A stretch of 64,000 bases of DNA. Origin: Antedon mediterranea (taxonomy: Eukaryota; Animalia; Echinodermata). This document shows, piece by piece, positions 1 through 13,000 of this stretch; the stretch's first letter is position 1; each line of letters opens with the position of its first letter. Location: contig NC_092675.1 in the NCBI RefSeq assembly GCF_964355755.1, positions 23,780,912-23,844,911 of the forward strand, read 5' to 3'. The notes under the pieces were generated by a model, which saw only the letters and a program-made list of their open reading frames with translations, searched no databases and was not told the origin of the DNA. Position numbers and translations under genes: made by a program.

Positions 1-749
1 TTTCCTGTCGACGTTATTCGACGCTATCGTTAACAAAAATCGGCGATCTTCAACGTAAACATAGAAATGTTAACGATTTACAGGAAAAGGGACTTTTTTA
101 ACTAACGATGACGATACAAAATGTCGGCGATTTACAGGAAAATGTGTAATAATCGACGGTAATCGACGCTACAAGTCGCGATCGTTGACAATCGCAAGAG
201 TTGAATCCAGTTCAACTCTAGCGATATCGCAACGCTAAAACGTAAGAACTGACCAATCATCATGGCGATACAGCATATGACGTCACATAATTAATGGCAA
301 ATTCTGCTGACTACATTTATTTTTGTTGCATCGCGGCGCGGTCAAAGCTAGGCCTAGCATTCCCAAAGTTACTATAAAATGATGTTCCGGAAAGTAGGCG
401 CCGGGATATTAGGTAGGTCAAAGTCTTTAGCCTAGTCCAAAATGCTATTTGGACTAGGATAGGCCTACTGAAAACGAAAAACCATCAGTATAGAGATATT
501 AGTATGCCTAGGCCCACGTGTCCTACATTGTGAGCCTACTGCTAGAGGCAGGGGAGTCCTCTATTCATTTTTGCGCGTTACGACGACGTCGAGAAAGAAG
601 ACCGGAATTTCAAATCTAACGTTCAACGCTAGAAATCAAATGTTCGCGCTATCGTTAACATTTCAACTTGAACGTTTTCAAACGATCGTCGTTGAACTTT
701 TAACGATTAACGATGATAGCGTCGACTTACGTCAACAGGAAAACAGGCT
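1..749. mobile_element. Non-autonomous TIR element (Harbinger-like MITE), left end cut by the window edge
   Basis: The window start tttcctgtcgacgt is the near inverse of acgtcaacaggaaa(acaggct) at ~729-749, which is followed by tta. CpG-rich interior with internal palindrome agagttgaa...ttcaactct (197-219). Superfamily is inferred. Confidence 0.55.
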
Positions 750-899
750 TTACGACGACGTCGAGAAAGAAGACAGGAGTTTCAACTCTAACGTTCAACG
801 CTAGAAATCAAATGTTCGCGCTATCGTTAACATTTCAACTTGATCGTTTTTAAACGATCGTCGTTGAACTTTTAACGATTAACGATGATAACGTCGACT
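578..899 (+). repeat. ~150-bp direct duplication (578-727 and 750-899)
   Basis: ttacgacgacgtcgagaaagaagac...aacgatgat(ag/aa)cgtcgact occurs twice with few mismatches; the second copy lies just outside the right TIR. Confidence 0.9.
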
Positions 900-1024
900 A
901 AAAATTAATTAATTAAATAATTTTCAGTGTATCACCGGGCGGTTTGGAATTTATTTCTATGCCTGTTGTGTTTATTATTTTTGAAACGATAAAGATGAGG
1001 AAATCTGGGAGAATGAGAAAAAGT

Positions 1025-1096
1025 CGCCCCAACCGAGACTCGAACTCGGACCGTCTGCTTGATATGCAGTTGCCCTAACCATTAGACCACTGGGGC
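1025..1096 (-). tRNA. tRNA-like cloverleaf, anticodon ATC (Asp-like); probably a pseudogene or tRNA-derived repeat head
   Basis: Minus strand: GCCCCAG-TGGTCTAATGGTTAGGGC-A-ACTGC-ATATCAA-GCAGA-CGGT-CCGAG-TTCGAGT-CTCGG-TTGGGGC-G (72 nt). A and B boxes, acceptor and T stems intact; TTTTT follows within 3 nt. Confidence 0.6.
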
Positions 1097-1229
1097 TTTC
1101 ATGGTATTGTTCTTTAACTTGATGGTACGGTTGGAACACAAATAGTCCTCAGTTGTACGCACGCGCACCAGAGATCAAATTGATACGCCCTCATCTATAA
1201 TTCAGTATATTTATTCACTAAGCGGGATC

Positions 1230-1232
<3 letters not shown>

Positions 1233-1300
<68 letters not shown>
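1233..1300. repeat. (AT)n microsatellite
   Basis: About 34 perfect AT units. Confidence 0.98.
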
Positions 1301-1303
<3 letters not shown>

Positions 1304-1390
1304 TGGCTCAATAGAGATACAAAAAAAGTTAAAATCTAAATCAAAACGATAAAGTAAAACAGCCAGAAAAATTAGCAGAGCTTTCGGGCA
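1301..1390 (-). mobile_element. Truncated end of a Penelope-like repeat (related to ~45500-45618)
   Basis: cagtggc..tcaatagagatacaaa..aaagtaaaacagccagaaaaattagcagagctttcg aligns by eye with the reverse complement of 45515-45618. Abuts (AT)n and carries the hammerhead half CGAAAGCTCTGC on the minus strand. Confidence 0.45.
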
Positions 1391-1488
1391 ATATTTACGA
1401 TTTGGAGTTGGACTTCTAATAATACAGATTTAAGAAACGGTTTTTTTCTTTTCTAATCAAGTTAAGGAAGAAAGAATAATCAAATTAC

Positions 1489-2320
1489 CTTCCCCCGCGG
1501 CCAGTTGCATTTTTGGCCTTTCATCGCCTTGCAAGCGTGCCTTTGCGATTCAATCTGCGAACAAAATAATACAGATAATAGGTTGAGATTATTATGCTGA
1601 AATCAGCAGGATAAAAAATGTTGCTTGATAGTGAGCTATTTTTTAAAAAGTTATATATTGAAAATGTTTCTGGTATATTGTAAAAAATATTGTAATAGGC
1701 CTACTACATTAAATCGATAGTTTGTTACTCTTTTTAAAGCAAATTACAAGCATAAAATATAGTTCGAAGACAATGTACATTCGTTATGATGATAAAAAAT
1801 CATCCTAATAAAACATTAGCATATAAAATAATGTCATTGACCGTACAACCAACATGAAAATAACAATCCATGTCACTTAATTATTATACAGGCCTACCAG
1901 TAACGTTTTGCCTTGTGGAGAAGAGAAAATGATAAACTTATAGTATTGCTTATTAAATGTTATGAGAGACTTATTTGTGGTTCCCCCTGTTTTTCCATGG
2001 GATTCATAATAAAGTTTATATACACCAATCTAAATCCACATAAATATATTTGTTCTCACCTCAAATTTCCAGTCTACATCCGACCGTTGTAAAGCGGCTA
2101 CTGCCAGTGGTACGTGTATTTCGGGTTTAGTGTCTTCTCCTCCAGCTTCTATCAGAAGAACATTGGTTTCTGGATCAGCACTTAATCTGTTGGCTACAAC
2201 GCAACCAGCACTGCCTGATCCTACCACTATATAGTCGTATTTATCTTCAAGATTGTACTTGTTGATCTTCTGTTTAGTTCGTAACCAATCCATCAAGAAC
2301 GCCAAAGATGTTACAGCCAT
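1489..2320 (-). CDS. GMC oxidoreductase (choline/alcohol dehydrogenase-like) copy A, 5' part; continues beyond the left edge
   Basis: Exons 2320-2060 ([23 protein letters not shown]-binding motif, LLIEAGG) and 1554-1489 ([22 protein letters not shown]), GT-AG, same boundaries as copy B. Confidence 0.93.
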
Positions 2321-5300
2321 AATTATTTATCTATAAAGTAAAATGAAAACTATACGTTGGTAATCATCTGAAAAACCGTTTGTTGAGTTGGAATACAAAA
2401 ACATTTGACTAACCTTCAAAAGAACAATAAATATATGAAATGCTTCTTGTTAAAACGATAGGCCTTACCCGTATGTTGGCCAAAGAATTTTTTATAGTGT
2501 ACAATGGATATCAAGAGACAATTAAAACACAACAATCGAATAAAATATGCCATTCCCAGGGTAATTTTAATACTTTTTATAAACTTTTCCATATCTTTTT
2601 GTAAAATATGAACCCGAATCGAGGTCATTAAACGATCATAGTTTTTACTGCTGCAATAACTGTTTTTTGTGTCATTGAACTAGTTGTTCTGCTTGAGTTG
2701 TTTAAAAAGTGAGTTACTATAAATAATACAAGTGTATATTCTTATCTATTAGACACATTATATTCAAATAAGTTTTATAAATTAGTATTATCAATTATTT
2801 ATAAATAGACGAATATATTTATCTTGTCATTGGTTGAAATATCTCACTTTAATTGAATTATCAATTAAGTGTGCCAATTCTTAATTATTCGTAAATGGAA
2901 TAACAAATATTGCAGATTCATTCTACTGACATTTGTTGTCCAGTACATTCAATATAATGGACATAACAATGTCGTTTAACTCGACCCTGTCGCATTTCTA
3001 CAAGGAGCTTAAATTTTTTTATCCTCCTATAACTATAATATCACGTATGTAAATCTCGTTGCTAATAGATATTGTTTTTCTTCGAAGCATGCATTTAAAT
3101 GAATATGTGGTGGAAAAGTGTATGATAATAACATGACCGTACTGACGTTTCATGAAGAATACTACTTCCGCAATGCTTTGTCTGGCTACACATATTACTC
3201 CTTCCTCTTTAAATGTCATTTGCAATTAGCCTATTACATGGTATTGAGTGGTACTAACATGTCAGAGACCGTCGGATTCCTGTATGGTTATGGGCCGTTG
3301 ATATGGTTAAATAGGCCTACATTGAGACATGCTTGGCTTGTTTGGAGGACCATATTTCCAGAGACGAGTAGTCCTTACTGTAGTAGGCTACACACTCCAA
3401 TATAATTGAGGTTTGAACTTTCAACATTTCCTACTGCTTTCCTACAAGCGATTAAACCCGCAGGGACAAATACTGTATCATATTCGATGCAATACTCAGT
3501 GCGTGATTGTTTTTCCAATCCAAATTTTGAACAATTTGGAATAAATTTGTTCTAGAATTTCCTAAATGCTCTATTTTTTAAACTGAAATATCAAATAGGG
3601 ACATATTTATGGAGACGCAAGATGTAATAAAAAGCTGTATTCATAAAGTGCATGTTCTTTTATTGAAATATTCAGGTCAATATCAACTCCGTAACAACCA
3701 TTTAAAAAATATTATACCAAAATACTATTATTTTCATAGCTGTTAACGCAACGCGCTTATATCCATCATCTATGTGTTATGTAGTTGACCTAAACCAATG
3801 AAGGAAACTTTAAGGTAAACGCTCGTTAATTTAATAATAAAAGTCCCGGTAGGAGGGTGGTGGAAATTATGGTAGAGAACTTTATTTAGGCCGATATTGA
3901 TAATTTCTTGAAATAATAAGCCAACGTATCCAACAAAAAAATATCATAATTAAACAAGATTATAACATTGAATTTAAAATATAACAAGATGGTAAATAAA
4001 CAAACAATATAATGTTTGGTAATAAGTAATATAACTATTCATTTTAATATACTATCAAAAGCAAAGCATTAAGTGTAACTAGCATGGGGGGGGGGGGAGG
4101 GTAAGGTTGGGTCAAATGGCAGAATTGAAATGTTAACTTAATGAAACATTAAACCTAATTTGTAACTATATTTCCAGGCAACTAATATACATATACCACT
4201 GATGTACCACCAAACATAGAATTAAGTATAGTTCACAGTAACACATTCATTCGACTAAATTATATTTTGTTTACATTATTTTTAAGAATTTATGGAATAC
4301 TGAAGAATTAGCATTTGAAAGTGTTGGAACTATGGATCAGCAAAACAACAATCTGGCATTTAGATACAATAATGAACACATCAGAATATCTCTAAAATAG
4401 TTATTGAAATGTTAAGTTATAAGATTATCATTTTGGCCTCTATAATGTAGTCTTTCAAAATGTATTATGTGTTTTTCTTGCACCATTATAGACAATAATA
4501 ATAGACAATATTTTTGTATAAAAAGTTATAGGTGATGATTTCAAACATTTAATTCATGTTTTTTTCAAACATTTAATTCATGTAATTCAGGCCTACTTCT
4601 GTTTCTAAAAAGTCTTTTCATCCCGTAGAGACATAACCCGTATTTCTGTAAACCTACCCCGGAATTCAACATTATAAAACATACTGACTTTACTACTAAA
4701 ATATGTGATGGTAGGCTTTCTAAACAAAAACAGAAAAATTAAGTACAAAATTTAAAGTCCAAGTGTCACAAGACAAGACTATCAATAAATTAATAAAGAA
4801 ATCTTCAAGGGAATTGATGTTTGTTCGATCGTTCGAGGGGGGTCATCGAGTGCCGCACGAATATTTTACTTCTGTCACACCAATCACGTACTGATATTTC
4901 TGTCAGATGTGTTATCGTCATCAACAATATATAAATATTATATATATTCACGTATACACGTATACATTCTTTTCGTCTTAAAACAATAGGTAAAATAATG
5001 ACAGTGAGGCGCATTGTTATATACTAAATTGTTAGATCAATTCATTTTTTGATGATCTGAAAATACCACAGAGCGGCTGAAAAAATATTATTCATAATTT
5101 TTCCAAGACTGAGCTCAGTGACCTGTCAGAAAGTCACTCCTTATCATCGGTATATAGATAGTGTGCGTAAATATAAGACAAAAAAATGGGGAAGTTGCAT
5201 TTCATTTGTCACATGTAACCTACAATCTAAAATATAATAACAATTTTATGTTTTTCAATACAATAATATTGTAGTACGCCTTATAATGATGTGCAGTGAT

Positions 5301-7217
5301 GTTATATTAAAGAAGACAATATGCAAACATTCAAACAAAGACCAACGCACGGTGTTCTTTTTTTTTTGTCTTTTATGGGCTCGTCCCACTTTTGTTTCAG
5401 TTTGCAGTACAAATTATTTCAATATATACAAGTTCACTATAATAAGGCATATAGTATGTATAATCTCTTGTATTATTAAAATTAAAAACAAAGGTCATGT
5501 TCTCATTTTTTTTTGTCACATGCAAGTGACGCGTACATATTTATGATTGTTGTTAAAACGTGTTAAAAACGCACGGTGTTCTTGATGTAAAATGGAGAAC
5601 AAAATAATATAAATAAACATAAAGTGAACATGGAAACACCCCAACTTCTACGATAAAACCGTATATATAAGCACGCCTAAACTAAGTTTCGTAATGTGAT
5701 AGCATGTTCTCAAGTACATTCTGACGTTTGCCATTCTGAAAAACTGTGGATAGGCCTACTACGTATGTGCAATAATAATACGTCATACACTATTGAACGT
5801 ACAGGTCCAAGTAGTCCTCATCAGTTTCGCTTGACAGATTATTTTTGAAAACGCAGATAATAATAAAAACTACAAAATCAACTTTATTTAGATTAATAGG
5901 ACATATACGTATACCTAATTTTCATACATTTACTTAAAATGATGTATGACGTATTCTATAGGTCTACGAATGCATTGGAGTATCCAAAATACGTATCAGA
6001 ACGCATATAATAATTAAAATGTTGATAGTTTACTTACTGTGTCTTCTGTCTTGCTAATACAGTGAAATAAACAACTTAAAACTCTTCACTGGACAGTAGG
6101 TCACTGGATATAAACGTAGGCGCGGCAGTTTAATTTAAAACGATGATATAGAGGTCGCTGTTTACAATCAATACAAAAAGATAAGACATTATGTTTAGGA
6201 TACCATATTTAAGACGGTGTAGAAGGCAGTATAATATATAGCCTATATAATACAATTATACCATGCTGAGAAGTGACAGAAACAAAATAGTGATAATATT
6301 TTGTGCAAGCTCATATATGTTTTTGTGAGAAGCATGACACTGTGATTTCCATGATCCTGAGATGGTCCAACAAAACATCGGTTGCATTGCATTAGACGGT
6401 ATAAAAGTGGACATAACATGGTGCAGTACTCGTATTGCAATCTCTATTATATCTGGAAAAGTGTAAAGATCTTGGAATTGAACGTAAGTAGGCCTACCAT
6501 AAGGAGGATGTAGAGTAGTTAACGAGAAATCCTATCAATTACACCCAGAATCACCATTCTAAAACATGAATCATTGACAAGAAGAAATGTTGCTCTAATT
6601 AGCACAACGGCTCAAAGGAATCACATATAACCAACAACCGTGGACAGGCAGGTGTGCGGTCCCCGGTGCGGTCAAAACAATGGACCGCCGCACACCTGTT
6701 TTGTAACTTAAAGCGTAACATTCCTTTTTCTAAAGTCTACAAATGCACTCTCGTTTACAAGTACACACCATATGGTGGATTTTAATTTACAGAGAACCGT
6801 CCTCTTCGATACTTTATTAAAATGAATTACCAAATTCATATTTTAGCAATATGTTTTAAACTGCCGACCCATTGACAGTAGTCCAACATTCATATATTCC
6901 TCTCATCTACTTGACATTCTATATATTCAACATGTATTTACCCTCGACATGTATTTACCCGTGATTATTCCTTTTCGCAATTAAGGTCACATGAATATTA
7001 CAGAGAGTTTAGAAATACTAGGTCTATACAACTTAAATGGTCATAAATAATTCATAATTTTATTCTTGATACAATTACAATTTGTTTGTAGGCCTATATA
7101 CACCTGAACAGTACCTATATCAGGAAAAATGAGCTCTTAGTATATACTACGTATTGTTTATATTATGAAAAATACAACATGAATATACAAACAATATGAA
7201 TATGGTAATTATGTATA

Positions 7218-8913
7218 CTAGAGGGTGAGCTCGCTTCGCTCGCTCCCCCTCTAGGAAGTGTAGACGATGGTTTTCGGAATGATAATGTTCTCCTTATACG
7301 TTTTCTGTCGGTTACCATTATTGAAAATGCTTGACATTCATAAAACTAAACTACTTTGTTTCACATTGTTTTAGATGATTAATAACATTTTAAAGTACAG
7401 TTTTTATTGTTTGGTAGGGCCCTTTGGGGAGGCGGAGGTCATTTAAGGGAGGTGCTTATTCGAGGGATATATGTTAAATTTTGTAGTTTTAATAATATGG
7501 AGCTACACTCAGACTTTCTCAGCTTATATTATGTTTAAGTATGTTTAATTGAAAGTGATTACATAAAAAAAACAGAGAAAACACGGAAATATTTTTCAAA
7601 AACCCATTTCTAAAAAATCGGTTAGAAAATAGTGTTTTTTAATACATTACACTTTTTCAGTAACTTAGGGGTTATTAGTTTACAATACGTCGCGAAACGC
7701 GTTACACTTAGCGACTGACGCGTTTTAGTCGCCGGTGAACTGTCTCCCCTTTGGTAAATTATGTGTCGAAAAATGGGGAATACATTTTATACACACAATT
7801 AATACGATTTGTTTAGGCCTAAGTAATATTTCCGATAAAAATGTCAGTATAATTTACATGTATAACCTCATGATTTGCAATGTACAACAACAGCATAATT
7901 AATCTTATCAGATTGCTTATTAACTTTAAGCTAGGCCTAGGCCTAGCTAAGCCGTCTCTGCTCAGCCTAGCTAGCCTTGAATTTTTGTCTAAGCCTATGG
8001 CATTCATGGGTTTGAAAATGCTTGGTCGTTTCGCCCCATTTATCGTTCCTGGGTTTTCTCGCACATTCACAAGAATTGTGAAACACAAAATCCTATACAG
8101 AACAAGAGTAGTAAAGCGATGACCGATGTGGAAGCTTAGGCCTGACTGAAAAGCAACTTTTCAGGCACCCTATCATGGCCCAATGGGTAGGCCGAAGTTG
8201 GGTGTCAACAGAACAAACTTCACTGCTGTCAGCCTAGCTAGAGGCCAAGCAGCATCGGTACATACCTACACTCTAGTAGGCCTAGCTTTATTGAATATAT
8301 AGCCACGTCTTTCTCAAATCTCGTTAAATTTGACATTTTAGTAATAGTCTCATAATCACATTATTACACTGTGAAACATGATAGGGTCACATTCAGAATG
8401 TTTCAATATACTTTTCGCCCGTCAAAAATAACATCGCGACAAAATAACAGATCGCCAGCTGCAGTAGTGTGATTGTGAAAATTGTCACGTGATCAGACTC
8501 CCTAGCAAAATAAAAAAAACAATTGGACCCGAACGGGGGAAAGTGTCTATTTACGCAAAATTGCGCAATGTATACGCGATAAAAATACCAGAAATAGAAA
8601 GATCTGGAAAAATTACATAAAAAAACTTTTTAAATTTTTTTTTAGTGAAGAAATTCATTTTTTAGGATTATTCAAATATACCCCCCTTTTGCATGTAACA
8701 GAATAGGAAATTACAAGGTATCCCCCCAAAACTCAAAAAGGCGTGATTTTCAAGAAAATCGTACTCATTGAAAACAATTTCAAAAAAATATGAAGTATGA
8801 GGGATGATATTTTTAAATAATAGTTGAAATGTATGAAAAATAGTAATTTTCTGGGTGGAGCTCCACTTTAATAATATGGTAACATTTATAATCAAATGAA
8901 ATCCTCTAATAGA
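7218..8913 (-). mobile_element. Non-autonomous Helitron (~1.7 kb)
   Basis: 3' end on minus strand: hairpin ctagagggtgagc-tcgcttcgctc-gctccccctctag ending in CTAG at 7218-7221, with the same gcgagcgaagcgagc core as the 21742-23028 Helitron. Candidate 5' TCTATTAG at 8913; removal gives an A|T site (atgtata|tatgaaa). The 5' end is less certain. Confidence 0.65.
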
Positions 8914-10021
8914 TATGAAAAGTGCTAAAAAAGAATAACAAATGCTTGATAAATTGTAGATAACAGTGCGGTGAATTCTACTACAAATAGTACCGTATAA
9001 TTGTGTTGTTATAAATATGTGGATGGACGTTTATTAGATAGTTGGGTTGGGGGGGGGGGGGGTATTATTCAAAGTGATGTTTTATTGGAGAGGCGTTTAT
9101 TCAAATGAATACCATCCTAATAATTATTAATACATTATTTAATTTAATCATCTTTTGAAAATAACTGCCGTGACACAGTGGGCCCAAGAAAGAAGACATT
9201 ACGGTTTGCAACATGGGCAGACATCTCGGTCCTAACGGGACACAAGAAGATAGCCTACAGTTATTCCTGCAAGCTTACTCAATAAAACTCAGCTATCGGG
9301 ATTTCACTCGAAAAATGTCTTATCATCAAATCTCCCTATGTAATTTTATAATACTATTCCCCACAATATATTCTGATTCTTTATGGCGTATATTTAATTT
9401 GATCTTTATTAATTTTCAGTATAATTCCTATTATTTAATTACTGTACCTTCACACACGCGCGGTATTTAAAATAAACAAAAAACTGAAATGGCTATGATT
9501 AATGGCCAACTTAAGCGCCTACTATATCTGATTTTTTTTTTCGTCTTCCAAAGGGACACTGTATTGATTGATGGAAAGTGCCTGTTTCCAGACACCTTTA
9601 GGGTCAAATCTATTATTTTAACTGCTCCCTTGTGTATAAAAGAGAGAAAATATTTGAAACCAGGTTGTTGCAAGGTGAACTTATCTTAAACCCGGAAATT
9701 ACTTTGACCGGGAAGAATTGAAATTGAGATGAAAATCTAATGTTGAAATCATAAATTGTTTAAAAAACTCTTTATAACATCTTCCTAAGATAGAAATATG
9801 GAACAATAGCGTCGCCGTGAACACTAATGTTATCAAATCTACGTTTCGCGGTACATCTCAGATAGATAAGGTAGGTATCCAAGGCGGAGATTTGTACCGA
9901 AGTTTTTGCATTGTGCTCGCCTATGTCAGAATTAACCATAATTTATATATAGATTATATTAGTTTTATTGTTGATCAGACGTACATAACGAATTTGACAT
10001 ACTAAACTTTTTTGTCTAAAC

Positions 10022-13000
10022 TTAAGTTTCTGATAAAATAATAGTTGCAGCTTTTTGACCAATCATAATGCTTGGTGAGTTTGTATTTCCCGACGTCACT
10101 TCCGGCATAATTGACGCATCAGCAACTCTTAGTCCTTCTACGCCTTTAACTCTGAAATGTAATGCATATCACAATGTTTAGTTTTTTTTAACGAAGCACG
10201 TTGTTCTCATCTCCAAACTAATCATCTGTAGTGCCATTGAAAGGTAGTTAAAACTCTAAAATGATGTATTACTACTATTACCATATGCGACTCTTTCATA
10301 CTATTAAAACTACGTGTAATAATAAATGAGATTTAAAACCTGAGTTTAGGATCAACCACAATAGAAGGGTCATCTGCTGCCCCCATACGACAAGTGCCAG
10401 TAGGATGGTAAATAGTTGTTGCAATGTAGCGTACAAACTGGTTCCGATATTCGTCAGTACATTTGTTTACATGAGTGTCAGTCAAATCAGGAAGATTAAG
10501 TTCAAGTCTAAGATAGCAAAATGATTAGTGAGAATATCTTTGATACATACACATTTCTTGCTGAAATAGTATATACAATAACATCAACAAGAAGTAGTAG
10601 GCCTACTTACTCAAATGGCTTCATTACCTCTGTTGCAACAATATCCTGGCAAATCTTTAGGCCCTATTATTATAAACGGAAAAAATTGTCAAAAATGTAT
10701 TTGGTCAACAAGCCTAACTGATGACCTTAATAGATTATCAAACGTTAAAGTAAGTTCTTGGTTCTGATGATCTTAATAGATTATCAAACGTTACAAGTAA
10801 GTTCTTGGTTTAACTTACCTTGGCCAATACATCTACATCTCTTTGATCTTCGAGATAGTTTGGCTGTATAAATGGTGGCGCCGTGGGGTCAGCACTGGAT
10901 AGTTTGATGAAACCACTACTGTACGGATGAAGCAACACCGGTACTAACATAACTCCTTCAAATGAATTGCGTTCATCTTCTGGAATATCATAGCCCAGGG
11001 AAGATTTGTATCTATAAAAAGTTTAAACCTTTTAAGCATAGCAAACTAAGTTAAAGAAGCTCAGTTGTTATAGAAGCTTTTTGCATTGTGCTTAAAGATG
11101 GGGATGGTGCCATATCTTTCTTCATAACTGAAAAGATTAAACTGGCCTGTGCCAAGTGCGAAGTAACTTGGACTTAAGATAATCTGCATGTCTGGCCTTT
11201 TAAACATAGCAAATTAAGTTAAAGAAGCTCAGTTGTTAAAGAAGCGTTCTGTATTGTGCTTTAAGATGGGGGTGATGCCATACCTTTCTTCATAATTCAA
11301 CAGATTAAATTGGCCTTTGCCAAGTGCGAAGTAACTTGGAATTAAGATAATCTGCATGTCTGGCCATTCGTATTTTTTCTATGAAACAAACGAAAACACC
11401 TGACATAACAATTAACTTGAAAAAATAACGTGTTTTTATATATAGTATATGGCCCCAGTAATACTTTATAACAAGTGTACATATCATTTATATGTCATTT
11501 ACAAAAAACATCTTTAAAAAGGGAAGGTTTTTAAATATGCATTTTATACCTTCGACCTACATTATAAAAAAGTTACACAAACTTACCTCCAGCCCACTAT
11601 TTAAGAACGCAACAGCTTCAAGACCATTCGTTGATAGCATTCCCTGAATAAAGTAATTAGAATTATTTTTCATAGATATGTTTGTAATTTAATTTATTTG
11701 ATTTTATAATAATTAGTCTGAATGGTGTTTACTAACTTTAACCAGAAAATGGAATGACAAATCCATTTAACAATCGGATGAAGAAGAGTTTCAATAAGTT
11801 TAATTTACAATTTGATGATAACGGAAAACCAGGTGTTCTTAAAAAAAAACCAAATTCGTTGCCTGAGTTTATTTTATTCTTTTGTGGGCACGTCCCACTT
11901 TCATGACAATTCTTTTGGAGTTACCATAAGTTTACTTTATCTAATAGGCAAGGTCCATGTGATTCTTTGGATGATCTCAGAATTGACGATTTCACCTGGC
12001 AAACGTTTCCAATACGTAATCACTCAAGTTTATCTCATACAGCTCAGTCTTTGTGGAAAGTTGGTTTGAATTATTATTCTTATGTTTGTCAACTGTCAAC
12101 TTTAGATGTTTTATTTTCAAAGAGGATTTAAATATATTAATACTTATCTATATCTAACTACTTTTATATTGTTTTTACAATGCTACATATATCTGAATAA
12201 ATTTAACAATACCTTCCTTTGAAATAAATATTTCATTTTTGATGAGAATGTTGTGGCATACGCTTCTGTGAGCATTGTCTGTGTTCCTTGAGTACTGGTA
12301 GCCATTAATGGAAGCATCATATGATCCTATAAATTAATAACAATATTTTCACTTTTTCCCGTGAAACGACTTGTCATAAAAAGCTCGAGTAGTAAAATCA
12401 ATATGATCGTAAGACTGAGAAGCAAACCGTGATTTTACTTTGGAAAATTGCATTTTTGCTCATGACTAAAGTATATTACCTCGAGAATATAATATATAAT
12501 TTTCTTGGGGAGAAATGCCTTAGCGAGTGTACTAATATCTGTTTAAATAATAACGTAATAATGTTTATATTATTATTATTTGTACCTGCAAATTCCTACC
12601 GACGGCAGGTAAATTAACTTTACATTCGATGCCGACCTCTTTTAAATCTTCTTCAGGTCCTATTCCCGACAACAGCAAGATCTGCAAAAAAGATTAAAAT
12701 AAACACGTAAAACTGATTTTACATACAGATTGAATGATTAAGTTTATTCATTAAAGTTTGTGAATTATATGTAAAATACAAAAATTAATTTAATTGATAT
12801 TGATTGATTACTTAATCAATACAGATTAAATTCCACACAATTACATCAAACATAGACGCAAAGACGCAACATTTAAAGATTGGTTCTTACTAGGACACAA
12901 CGTAAGGACCTGACATTCGTCGACGCAAAGCCCAGTGATGTAGACGCCTTGTAAGATGTCGTTCCACTTTTTGCGAGTGTTGCGTTGGTTGCAAGAAGCT

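Noticed and set aside
571-804. 77-aa ORF and most other 60-100-aa ORFs in the track
   Set aside because: They lie in repeats or introns or are antisense shadows of real exons; no recognisable domains.
5810-5835. Minus-strand GAAACTGATGAGGAC hammerhead-like word
   Set aside because: No helix II followed by GAAA downstream.
10719-10810. Tandem CTGATGA...AAACGTTA units as dimeric hammerheads
   Set aside because: GAAA core absent (CAAA) and no convincing helix I; treated as a simple duplication.
12630-12660. Apparent frameshift in GMC-B exon 8
   Set aside because: Recounting the A-run gives in-frame [11 protein letters not shown]; the gene is intact.
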